From Massalongia carnosa (lineage: Eukaryota), in assembly GCA_965645245.1 (NCBI GenBank), contig OZ287070.1:2418001-2482000 (forward strand): 64,000 nucleotides of DNA, given 5' to 3'. Shown piece by piece: positions 18,827 to 30,293 of this stretch. The translations under genes were made by a program, and so were the position numbers. The number at the start of each line of letters is the position of its first letter. Within the stretch, counting starts at the first letter, position 1. The notes below the pieces were generated by a model that was given only the letters and a program-made list of their open reading frames with translations, had not been told where the DNA came from and made no database searches.

Positions 18827-20037
18827 AGGTGGATGCTTTTTGGGATTTTTTCTTTTCCCTTTTCGTTCACACGTTAGATAAGGTCGATAGATGATATGAC
18901 GATAAGCTTCGTCCACGTTAATGGGCAGATGCGTGCGGATCGTCCAGATCTTACATAACACCACCAGCTTGGGTCTCTCACGCGTGGTTTACTTGACATC
19001 ACTCGTATCCGATTACATGATCAGATTCGCACACTCACACACTCATACACTCACACACTCACATATTCACACATTCACACATTCAAGATGGGAGATGGGA
19101 ATCACTCGTTGCGGTCGGTTGTTTGCCCCTCGACACCGTCAGTCATTCAATGATTATCGCAGAGCAGTCCAGTGGTAATGACGTATTCCTTCCGTTGCTT
19201 CGGAGAAACCCCCTATCTACAGAATACTCTGTACCCAGTACATAGTATATTCTAGCCCTGCATCCTCCCACTAGTTGACTCTAGCCTCACGCCGTGCAGA
19301 CTCGACTTACCTAATCGAACCAGTCGAACCAATCGGAACTGGCCACTGACACCATTTAACTACTCCCGTACCCTGTGTACCGCTGTACGGAGTACCGAGT
19401 ACACTGTACCGAGTACGCTGTACCGAGTAACTCTACTCTCCGCTGTACCTTGTACCCAATGGGCTGCGTCTCCCCCCCACCCCGTCCAGTCGAGTACCGA
19501 AATACCTTCCATCACGTGCGTACACCTGACAGTGACCAACGCCTTCGATGGCAATTATCCGAAGCGAAATCAGTGTATCCATCACCCCCCGTTCGAGTTA
19601 GATCCGCACGCGGAAGGAGACGAAATGGAAAAACAGTCCAATAGAACTCGAGAACGCGCCAGGGGGCTGTGACGACGAGTTTTCTCGACTCGTCGACGCA
19701 GTCACGGAGCACAAGGACGAAAGTACCGTAGGACGAAAAGTGCGAAATGACAGCAGTTCCGGTGCAGAGTGCGTTCCCCAAGCCCGTGAGCCGGACGACC
19801 ACGGTTGCCCTATCTCAACTTCTGATCGTCTGTACCGAGGACGCTGTATCTAAGGAAGTCAGATTCAATCAAATCCTCCGAACTCCGTCGAGACTCAAAC
19901 GAGTTGGCGGTGGGTGATTGGTCGGAATGCTCTCTCCATCGTCATGTGATCGGGTCGGGTCAGGGAATATCTCGTCAAACGCATCATGCCCCGATCGCCT
20001 TCGTGGGTCGAAACGAGTCTGCGAAAAAGACGGAGTA

Positions 20038-21751
20038 CGAAGGATGACGCTGAAAGTCCTTGCTAACGCTAAATATGCAGCTAAAAAAGCCACTTTACAT
20101 GGGTATATTTGCATGGATAGATATTTATTACGGAGGTACATATCAATCAATCGAATAATCGCATGAAACTATTTAGAGTTACCACCTCCATCATCTTTAT
20201 CACTCACATTCATCGCTGTCAGTGCTTTTTCGTTTGAGATGAGCGCGATGATATCGAAAACGGCGATCTTCTTTATTATACGGTCGTACGACTCCGATCT
20301 CTCTACCTTCTCTATACTCGTTACCTCCGTCCAACAATATCACCTCGTCAACATGTCGCTTTATACGTTCAATCCAGGACTGAATTCTTTTCTGCCTCAA
20401 CTCCTCCGTCCAGCACTTTGTCCAGGCCTTTTCAGCCTCAATACGAGTCCGCGGAGCACCTAATCGAGTGGTTCTTCGCTTCATCCAGAACCAACAAGGC
20501 TCGATCATGTTCAGATCAGGAGAATTTCCAGGCCATAACAGACGCATGACGTTGAAATCCATAAAGATCAGATTTTCATGTTTGGATGCGTGACTGGGGG
20601 CCTTGTCTTCCTGTACGATAGTGTTTGGTCGATCTATCATACATTCTTTTGCAAACGGAAGAAGCTTAGGAATTAAGACGAGTTTTGATAACGATACCAG
20701 TCCACACCTCCCTTGCCATCTCGAACGACTTTACCGTGTGTTTTATCCCATTTCCAGATAGGTTTTCGACCTCCTGGATTACGTAGCTTCATTCGTCTCA
20801 TGCTGGTTTCTAACTCCCAATTCTCTTTAGCTTCTGATTCTAAAGTCTCATTGAGTTTATCTAACTCAATTTGAGCCTCTCTTTTCTCTTTTGCAGTCTC
20901 TGTTTTCCAGATATGAAAAGGTCCTTTCTTTTCGTACGAAAAACAGCCCCAAAACAAAAACTCGGAGCATCCTTTCCATCTACGTCGAATACACGTTTTA
21001 GCATACATTTCTTTCGAGGTACGCCACTAAGTCTTCTTCCACGTCTAGAACCCAATATAATGCTTGTTTCGTCAGTCCATATAACGTTCTTCCAATCATC
21101 AATAGTCCAGTGCTGATATCGCAAACAAAAATTACAGACGAGCCTCTATCATGATCGAATCTAGACCTGGCTTTTTCGTGCTTTTACAGGGGCGAAACCC
21201 ATTCTGTTTAAAGCGTACGAAGTATAGTAGTGGAGGAGAGTTTATGATTAAAGCCAATCATAGCTGATGATTTTTCTCTGCTATTTCGATCTTGCACTAC
21301 ATTATTCAACATAGCTTGCTCTACCTCCGGTGTAACCTTTTTGGGTCGTCCTGAACGAGGTGCATCTTCTATGTATTCTACTTTTAAAACACGAGATACA
21401 GTTGGATCATATCCACGCTGTCGTGCTTTGATTTTGAGAGCTGAAATCGATCTTGTGGAGACTCCAGTCACTTCTTGCACGATTTTCGCCGCAATTCCGT
21501 GTTCTACAAGCGCTAAAGCCTGTATTCTTTGTGCAATCGTGAGACTATTGCTCTGTGCATTGGGCATGATAATGATGATGAATAAAACCTTCTACTGAAT
21601 ATCAGATGTAGTAGTACTGTCTTTTGGACGAAGAGAACAGAAGCAATTCGAGATTTTCTAGACTATTTTAGTACTGTATTCCCCTTGTAAGCTAATAAAC
21701 ACTAATGCACGTCTCATGTACGCTAGCAAGGACTTTCAGCGTCATCCTTCG
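20038..21751 (-). mobile_element. Tc1/mariner-superfamily DNA transposon (DD34E), 1,714 bp
   Basis: Perfect 28-bp TIRs CGAAGGATGACGCTGAAAGTCCTTGCTA (20038-20065 and reverse complement 21724-21751). TA on both flanks (20036-37, 21752-53). Internal transposase. Confidence 0.95.
20200..21567 (-). pseudogene. Tc1-like DD34E transposase, ~455 aa when four 1-nt frameshifts are corrected
   Basis: HTH region with APRSGRPKK and catalytic WTDET / QEDKAPSH / WPGNSPDLNMIE (34 residues between D2 and E). Frameshifts at ~21210, ~21130, ~21030 and ~20685. Confidence 0.88.
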
Positions 21752-22141
21752 TACTCGGGTACGATGACGGAATCCCGAAGAATGACGTACCGCAACCACG
21801 CACACACGGACACGGAAATCACATCGCCAGAAATCTACCTCGGTGGCGGGAACGAGTCGCATCGATGTGCAACTGACTGCGCCCTCCCCCCCACCTCCCC
21901 CGCTCGGTGCGGAAAACGCAGTGGACGAACGAGCACTGCCAACCGATCCGCAAGGGTGGGCGGGGATCACGGAGCAATCATGAAAGAGGGATCGAGTACG
22001 CAGGTGCCGCAAAAAGACATGGATGCAATATGTACATGGCGCATGATGTGAAATGCAACAACAGTCCACCACCTCGTGACATCAAACATGAAAACGTGAC
22101 TCCAGTCCGCGCCCGTTCACGCCGCCTCGCCCACATTGGGC

Positions 22142-23817
22142 TCAATATTTCTCTTTCGCGGCATAAGCATCCGTCCCCAGACCATGCTCCACATGCGTCA
22201 CCGACTTCTTGCGCAGCGCGCCGGCTTCGATATCGGCTAGCGACTGCGACCGCGCGCTGACCCCCAAGTCCTGTACCTCCGCAAACGACACCGTCGGCAC
22301 GAAGCCTTTGGACTTCCACGCCTTGTTGGTCTTGGCGTATAGCTCGTCAACCTGCTCGAGCGACAGCCCCTTGGTCTCGTAGATCATGGTGTAGACGAAG
22401 ATAATGCAGATCAAGCAAAAGGTGCCCCAAATGAAGAACACTTTGGACTTAAGATTGGCGTCGCCAGGTCCATCGTCCACCAAGTAGGGCGTGGCGTAGG
22501 CGATGCCGAAATTGAGAAGCCAGTTGGTGGCCGTGGTCATGGACAGGCACTTGGCACGGCTCTTGAGCGGGAAGATTTCACCCGTCACCACCCACGCTAC
22601 GGGTCCCCATGAGCAAGCGAAGAAGAAGATGTAGAAGCAGACAAAAGCAATGAGCACCTTATTGGCAATATGGCTCCCGGTGGTCGTGCCGACGATAGCA
22701 ATGATGTATTGGCAAACGAACATGCCGATGGCTCCGAAGAGCAGCAAAGGTCGGCGACCCCATTTCTCGACCAGATAGAGACCGGGGAAGGTGGAGCAAA
22801 CGTTGACGATGTTAGTGATGAGAGAAATCACAAACGAGTTTCCGATGCCGGAGTACTTGAAGAACGAAGTTCCGTAGTAGAAGATGAAGTTGACTCCAGT
22901 CAATTGCTGTAGACCTTGCAGCAGGCATCCCGTAGCAAGTCGCTTTCCAATCGACCCTTTAAAGCATTCGATGTACGACGAAGCGCCTAGACTCAACTCG
23001 TATTCGTGGTTGGCTTGAATTTCGGCCAACTCTTCCACCAAGGCAGGATGGTCCGCGTCTAGTCTGCGGAGTCGGGAGAGCGCCTGGGCAGCCTGTTGGT
23101 TGCGACCGCGCTTGATATGATAGCGGGGGGTTTCCGGCAGAATGAGCATGCCCACGATCAGGATGATGGCCCACGCAAATTGCACCGCGATAGGAATTCG
23201 GTATGATCCGGTATCGTTCCGACCCTTGGTCGCATTGTCTACTATGGAAGCAATCAAAAGCCCCACGGTAATAGCCAGCTGATAGCTTCCGACAATGGTT
23301 CCACGAATCCATTTTGGGGCTGTTTCGGATTGATAGAGGGGAATCAAAGCCGAGATCAAGCCAACCCCAAACCCTGCAAAAAACCGTCCGGCAGTGAAAA
23401 GGGGAATTGCGGTAGCTATGGTCTGCAAAATGACACCAAAGATGAATACCACCGTCGAAGCTATCATGCCTAACCGACGACCGAGGATATCTCCCATGGG
23501 CGCGGCAGACAAGGAACCGAAGAATGTGCCGGCAGATAGAATCGAGACTATTAGAGATCGTTGACCCGCATTGAGAGCTGGGTTTCCATCTTTGTCCTTG
23601 GTTCCAGTTGAGAATAAATTCAGCCAGTATTTCATGGCCAAGATGCCACCAATTGTTCCAGTGTCATAACTATGGCTTGTCAGTCACCATCACACGTACC
23701 CGAATGCTCAGGTACTGACCCAAAAAGCACACCCCCAAAAGCCACGAAGAGCCCAATTATGATGGCAGGGGCGGTCGAACCGGCCACCCCTTGGGGCTTC
23801 ATCAGCATAATGCCCAT
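22142..23817 (-). CDS. Sugar porter family hexose transporter (RCO-3/MstA-like high-affinity glucose transporter)
   Basis: MGIMLMKP...FGGVLFG|YDTGTIGG with intron 23670-23719. Motifs DILGRR, YQSETAPKWIRG, PETPRY, QQLTGVNFIFYYG, EKWGRRPLL, GPVAWVVTGEIFPL and ETKGLSLEQVDELY. Confidence 0.95.
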
Positions 23818-26648
23818 GGTGACTGAGCGATCTTTATCAAGATCCGAGAATGATGGAGACGATGAATTGTGAGTGGTGTCGGAGGGCCTCAAACGGATAC
23901 ACCTCTCCAATTGCTGCGGGGGGGGGTGGGGGGTGGGGGTTGGATGGATGCAGAAGAATAGGCGGATATGGAGGTCGATATATACCATCACCATGAGGGG
24001 CAGACCATCTAAAATCCCAAGTCCGGTTGAGACAAACTAGGATGCGGAGTATGCATCCCTAGGCTAGGTGGCACACTAGCCTAAAGGCTTCGTTGGAGAG
24101 GTTGTAGAGGTGTGACACGCCAGGGATGGGAGCAAGCAGAACATGGCTGACCGCGCTACGGTGACGGACTAGCGTTCTTTAGGTCGTCGAACGAGATACA
24201 TGAAGCACCAGTAGATAGACAGGCACAGGTAGGTAGGTAGATACAGGTGTAGACGGGGCCAAGCGCTCTTCCTGTAAGGTCACACGAGTAGACTAAGTAC
24301 TGCAGTCCCCAGTAGGGCCCAGTAGGGGAAATTGATGAGGCAAGGTTTGCCTTCAAGAGGGATTCCTTGAAATGATACTCTGTACAGCGCACATGATCAA
24401 TGTGACGAAAGAGGTACAAACATGTCATTCCAGTACTATGATACCCATTGCTTGGTAGGCTCCTCGACGTCAATGTCGGAAGGGAGAGCTCGGCAAGCCA
24501 TTGGTTGCGAGGGCAAACCCTGTAAGCATGCAGGAAGCATGACATTTCCCCATTATTTCCCGTGTTTGAGGAAATCCTTTGCCGCTTAAGGGCTCACCGA
24601 GCTCATCGAGCGCATCGAGCGTTGTGATTGGCGGTCGTGGCTAGAAATTCCACCTGGGGGGTTTGCAAATCTGGGGATTTGGGCGGAAGAAGGCAAAGGC
24701 AAAGGCAAAGGCAAAGGCAGTTCTCATGGAGATCTCGGAGGTCTTGACTTAAACAGGTCAAGGGGTCAGCCAACGAAGTGGCCACTGGATAGTCGAGAAC
24801 CAGAGTATCACAAATCCCGTGAGATTCTGATCTCGTTGCGGCATTAATACCGCATCGACTCATCTACCTGCTCGATCGTTTGCATCAAGACGGATGTTTC
24901 TGGCGGGCGATTCTGCGTGGTTTATGAACGTACGGACTTGAACCTGCGAGGAGGTCGTTGGGGGCGACGAACAGGACAACAATCTGTCACTCCCCCGGTG
25001 GAGTCCGTCCGTGCGGGACAGCGTGGATCAGAAGTTGAAACATCCAAGCCATCTCGTGACCGCAGGAAAAGAAAAAGAAACCCCACAAAGGTTCGTCATC
25101 GGCGCTTCCTTTTGCATCGAGGCTAGCTGGGTACTCGGGTCCAATATCCACCAATCGTCAGTTCAACGGTAAACTCACAGGAAGCTAACTCAGACCGGTA
25201 GGCGGATCTTTGTTACGGAAGCCTCGGAGGTACTCCGGAGAAAGACCATGACTCGGCCTTCCCTTGAGGCTTTCTATATAACTATCGAAACTACTCGGAA
25301 GTGCGACACGATTCTCTCTCGTTGGCTTGGAATCCTCGTGCACCAATGTTTTGCTGATGCTTTCTCGATTCCTTACAAAGTGACCTCTGACGTCCGGTCA
25401 CGTTCCAGATCCACAACCATAGGGATTGAGCCTGACTCGCACACTATGGTCAGTAGTCACCACGGGATCTGGCCGAGATTTCGCCGGATGAGGTCTGATC
25501 TGCATTTGATTCGTCAAGTCAATGACGTCGCCGGAGGAGAAAACGCCCCCCGACGTGTTAGCGTATGAATTTCACGAAGGTACCTTGTACACAGTACGTT
25601 CAACAATGGAGGCAACGGTAGATGATTCGGCCTCGAGAGCCCACACAATTGTTCTCTGAAGGACTGACACAGTCACGTTGGTTTAAACCACTTGTCCGCC
25701 GTTAGATCTCTTGCAATGTGGCTACTGGTGCATCAGACGTTTTATGCAACGTCTACTGAACGCCCCGGATCGCCGCAATTCTAGACAATCGCTTTATGGG
25801 CTGTGTGAGGAGGAAACATATATGTACAACCATCCAACCTACGTGGGATACAAGTCCAGCAGGCTCATAACGAGGTGCCTCTCTACGCACTAACGTGATA
25901 CCCGTGTTTGGCTATTTCTATGTCCGAGGGATGCTGTATACGGAGAGTGTAGGATGAAACATGGTTGCCTGAGTATTGCCTGCAGCTTGTTGCACTCCAT
26001 CATTTCTCTGTCAAGAATTTCTGTGTTCATCTATGTTTGATACACGTTTCCACAGTGTTTTCTTCTTCAAGAGAACTTTCCCTTGATGGTTCCTCTACGT
26101 ACATTGTCTGCTCGAATCTGTGAGACAAGGAAAGGTTTCACAATGTCAAAGCAAAGGCAGTTTCCTTAAAGGATGACCTTGCGATCATTCCCGCTCTCAG
26201 GGCATGGCTCCTTGCATTTTTAATCTTGATGTTAGGTCTTGAACGACTTGATCTAGTTATCAAGAAATCACGGCATTTGCTTGCTTGCTTGCTAGGCGCA
26301 ACAATGAGATGATTTCCGCTGGATCATCCGAAAGCCTCATTTTTTGCGCATACTCGAGCAAAATTTTATTTAGTTTTGTGGGTTAGCCTTTTTCATTGGC
26401 ATTTCTCATCCAAACGCCAAAGGCACGCTATCGAAGAGTGACGCCAAAAAGCCCTATATATCTCACGTGACACCATTCCTGCCTGTTCCGGCTAGCTCAC
26501 CTCCCTTATTTTGAGAGCCGACATCGGATCCAATATCTTGTCATACACTGTATTTATTGCGATTCAATGAAGCTGATGGCAAAGAAGCTCTCTCATCTCG
26601 AACAGGTTGTTGAAGCACATCTGATAGCGACATTGGTACAATCCAGCG

Positions 26649-27593
26649 ATGGCAGAGCAAGCACCCAAAGACCACTGGACTTACCAGGCCTATTCGGCCT
26701 CCGCATCATTCGTGCCCAAGCTCACGGCCAAGGTAATCGAATGGCTAGCCCCCGGCCCAGCAGACACCATCCTTGATTTAGGCTGTGGCGACGGCGTCCT
26801 CACAGCCGCGATCAAAGCCCGCTGCACATCCGTCACCGGCCACGACGCCTCCCAGAACCTTATCGACGCCGCGCGCAACTCCTACGGTTCCATCCCTAAC
26901 CTTTTCTGGCACGTGCAGGATTGCCGTTACCTGGAAAACTCCCCCACCCTCAACGTCGCGGCCTACACCAAGGTCTTCTCCAACGCGGCGCTGCATTGGA
27001 TCCTCCGAGACCCGACCACGCGCCTCTCAGTCCTTCGCGCTGCCTGCAAAGCCCTCAAACCGGGCGGCATCTTCGTCTTCGAAATGGGCGGCGCGGGCAA
27101 CGTGGCCGAGGTGCACGCCGCGCTCCTGGCGGCCGTCGTGCATCAGGGCCTCAGCATCGAGGCCGCCCGCGAAGCGAGTCCGTGGTTCTTTCCCTCGGAA
27201 ACCGGCATGACCGCATTACTGACGGAAGCGGGCTTCGCGGTCGAGAAATCCGAAGTCGAGTATCGACCCACCAGGCTCACGGCAGCGGATCAGCAGGGGG
27301 CCGGCGGGCTGGAGGGGTGGGTGAGGTTGATGGGCGCACCGTTTTTAGCGGCGCTGGACGGGGAGGGACGAGGTCACGGAAAGGGCAAGCAGTCGGAGGA
27401 GGGAAACGGAGAAGATCCGGTGGGGAAGGAAAGGACCGAGGCTGCGGTGAGGGAAGTTTGCGATGTGCTGAAAACCGTGGTTGCGCGCGACGAGGGGGAA
27501 GGGCGGCGGCGCGTGGAAGGGGGCATGTGGTTGGGGTACGTGAGGCTCAGGGTGCGGGCTAGGAAGAGGGGGAGGGAAGAAATGAATGAATGA
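26649..27593 (+). CDS. Class I SAM-dependent methyltransferase (trans-aconitate methyltransferase-like), intronless
   Basis: Motif I ILDLGCGDG, VFSNAALHW, LKPGGIFVFEMGG, PWFFPS and YVRLRVRARK; 314-aa open frame. Confidence 0.9.
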   Translation: MAEQAPKDHWTYQAYSASASFVPKLTAKVIEWLAPGPADTILDLGCGDGVLTAAIKARCTSVTGHDASQNLIDAARNSYGSIPNLFWHVQDCRYLENSPTLNVAAYTKVFSNAALHWILRDPTTRLSVLRAACKALKPGGIFVFEMGGAGNVAEVHAALLAAVVHQGLSIEAAREASPWFFPSETGMTALLTEAGFAVEKSEVEYRPTRLTAADQQGAGGLEGWVRLMGAPFLAALDGEGRGHGKGKQSEEGNGEDPVGKERTEAAVREVCDVLKTVVARDEGEGRRRVEGGMWLGYVRLRVRARKRGREEMNE

Positions 27594-28330
27594 ATGAATG
27601 ATTATGTAGGTATGTACGTACGTGTCCGTTTACTTGATTGGGTGGTTTCCTCGGGTAGGTAGGTAGGGAGGGAGGTAGGAAGTAGTTTAGTCAAGCAAGC
27701 AGAGTAAGCAGAGCAATACAGAACAAACATAGAGGAAAAGCCAACCAATCTTCCATCCCTTCCCATCCCATCTACTCCTCCCCTCCAATCCAACCAATCC
27801 AAGGAACAAACCTAGGCACATACGTAGTCTTCATTCCCTAGTCCAGCCCAGCCCAGCTTAGCCCTCCGGTCCAAGCCCCCTGCGGTTCTCTCTAGGTAGG
27901 TAGGTAGGTAGATATGTACGTCGTCCCCCCCCACCGGATGTCCGAAAATTTAGCTCCTTAACCCCCTGGTCCTCCCTACCAGGCATTCATTGTCGGGATT
28001 GAATGGGTGACCTTTTTGAGAGGAGCTGGTTTTTGGGGGACGGTTGGTGAGAAAGGGTGAGGGAGAAGGGGACTTGGGGGTTGTGGATTTGGGAGGGGGG
28101 TTTTTTTAGTTGTGTGGTTCGCAGAGGCCGGGATTTGGAACTTCGGTTGTGGGTTGCGGGGTTGAGAGATGGTGGATTTGTGGATTTTTTTATTTACGAG
28201 CGTAAGGAGAGAGGGTGGACTAGCTTTTCCGGGGGGGGGTTTCCTGGAAATTTATCGATGGAGGATCTAGAACGGGCCGATCGGAAAGTCAGGCGATTCG
28301 GCGGCTCATGCTCTGGTGGGGTGGTGTGAG
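27594..28330. repeat. Simple-sequence/low-complexity island between convergent genes
   Basis: (ATGA)n overlapping the methyltransferase stop, (TAGG)n at ~27656 and ~27893, (CCCAG)n, and G/T-rich runs at 28030-28330. Confidence 0.75.
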
Positions 28331-28647
28331 GACACGCTATTTTTCTCCGAGAGAAAGGGAAAGTGGGCTCTGGAGGTGGGGTTGGCGGCTGCAAAGAATA
28401 AGGATTGCTCGCGATGGTCAAGGTAACTCATACTCGGGCTTCCGACCCCCTAGGTGAGATCTTGTTAGGTCCGGCGTTGTCCAAAGTTGCCAAGACGGCG
28501 TATCTGATGGATGATATGTGGGATGGCAACCCCAAAGGTTGATCCGAGAGGATAAATAATTTCGTTCTGGGACCCTGAATGGAGATTCCTTGGACAGAAG
28601 TTTGTGTGCAGCACGGATCTAAGACATGTCGAGAGGTCATCGTGTTT

Positions 28648-30293
28648 TCACATCCTGCGCTGTCCTGTTTCCTTATGTTTCGGGGTACTCATTACCATTG
28701 AGATTGGCAAAGGAGCCCCAGGCACTAGATCCGGCTTCTCGCTCACCTTCAGCAACGCCATCAGTTTGTTAAATTCAGCCGCCGGTAAGGCGGCATCCAC
28801 CGCTCCCTGGTGCCCTCTTGCCAAAGTATCGCTCAGATGCAGCCTTAGATCCCCTGCGTCCAGAGTAGCCATCTCTTGTAAGAAGTCGATGATATGGACA
28901 GGCGGGTCTCGTCTGCGGGCATGAAGCGCAACTCTGCAGGAAAAATAGACGAAACCGGGGCGATATCCAGTATTTGCAGCCATTAATATCTCGAGCCTGG
29001 TAGAACGGAGATGGTTGGCCTGGTCGAGATTAGTGTGAATGTAGAACGCCGACTAAAAGATTGCACAGCTTACCCACCTTTCACTAATTATTGGTTGAAT
29101 CGACGAGTCCGAGCAAAACCCCAAAATAGCCACTTTCCCATCCTTGCTGAAATTAGGCAGCGTGGGCATATGCTTCCTCACTTGTGCCTTAAATGCCTCT
29201 CCGGCAGCAAGCAGTTTCGCGTTAGTGGTAAGCTCGAGAGGGCCCTCAGCTTGAAGTAGAGCCTCCCAGGCTGTCTGCGGATCGAACATAGGACTTCCCT
29301 CATCTAAGCTTCTCTTAGCACTTGCAGCTCCTAGCTAAGGCGGACTAACTCACGTGCATGCATCAGCGAGCCGGCCTGGTCGATTATGGACTTTCCGTAA
29401 TCTTTGCAAAGTGCTTTTAAGTCCGGAAAGGGTGGGTTCCATTTCAAAGCGCTTCCTAGCTCGCTGTTTGTCCCAATCACGCACAGATATCCACACGAAG
29501 TTCCCACCTCATGATGCAGATGCTTGCAAATCTCATACGCCAGCAAGGACGAGGTTGCTACCGGATGAAAACCGGCTGCGGAGGCCACCTGATATGAGAT
29601 TAGCCAAGCTAAGCCGAATTGATCTGGTATTAGCTCCTACGATGGCTTTCTCGGGGAACCCATCTCCAAGATGATGGTCGATAATTAACGTTTTCGTAGA
29701 CGACGAGTTTGTTATCGGAGGCCCCGGACGACTGCCCTGATCCAGCACTATGATGTATTTGGGTTCTTTTTTCTTCATGGCCGACCTTTCTTCCTCCTGG
29801 TAGAGATTGGAGTCTTTTTGTAGGAGATGAACATCGATCAAGGATTGGGGGAGCCCCAAAAGCATAAGGGTGCGGTGAATGATCACTCCGGCGCTGAGCC
29901 CGTCCACGCCCTTGTCCGGTACCAGGAGCGTCTTTTCTCGAGCGGTCGCACTTTTAGACAGCCGAGTCAGCTGCGGCATCCAGTTCCCACCATGTGCGCT
30001 TGCAAGGCATCAGCTTACCAGTCCATCAGAAAAGCCCTGGCTTTTGCAATATCTTCTGCGGGCGCCGGCCAAAGTTTGGAGCCATGAAGACGGCGGGGCT
30101 TTGCATCGCAATATTTAGGTACCGAAGTCCGAGGACGAAATCTCTTTTCCAATCTCACTTTCCGAGCTTGCTCTTCTTTGTAGGATCTAATCTTTGGCTC
30201 TGGCTGCAACCGGTCGAGTTTCTTATAAGCACATGAGCTGATTCGATAAGGCTGAATATGAGGACGGAACTCCGCCACTCGAAAAGGAAACAT
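28648..30293 (-). CDS. Divergent DHH/DHHA1 (RecJ-like) phosphoesterase-family protein (multi-exon)
   Basis: Ordered motifs VPDKGVDGLSAG, IIVLDQGSR, LIIDHH, ATSSLLAY, LCVIGTNSELG, MAANTGYRPGFVYFSCR and ARGHQGA. GT..AG introns near 29960-30015, 29590-29640, 29305-29353 and 29000-29072. Exact start and last exon are uncertain. Confidence 0.75.

Noticed and set aside
18783..19500. Short direct repeats as a CRISPR-like array
   Set aside because: Units are 9-14 bp tandem or degenerate repeats with no unique spacers, in a eukaryotic context with no cas genes.
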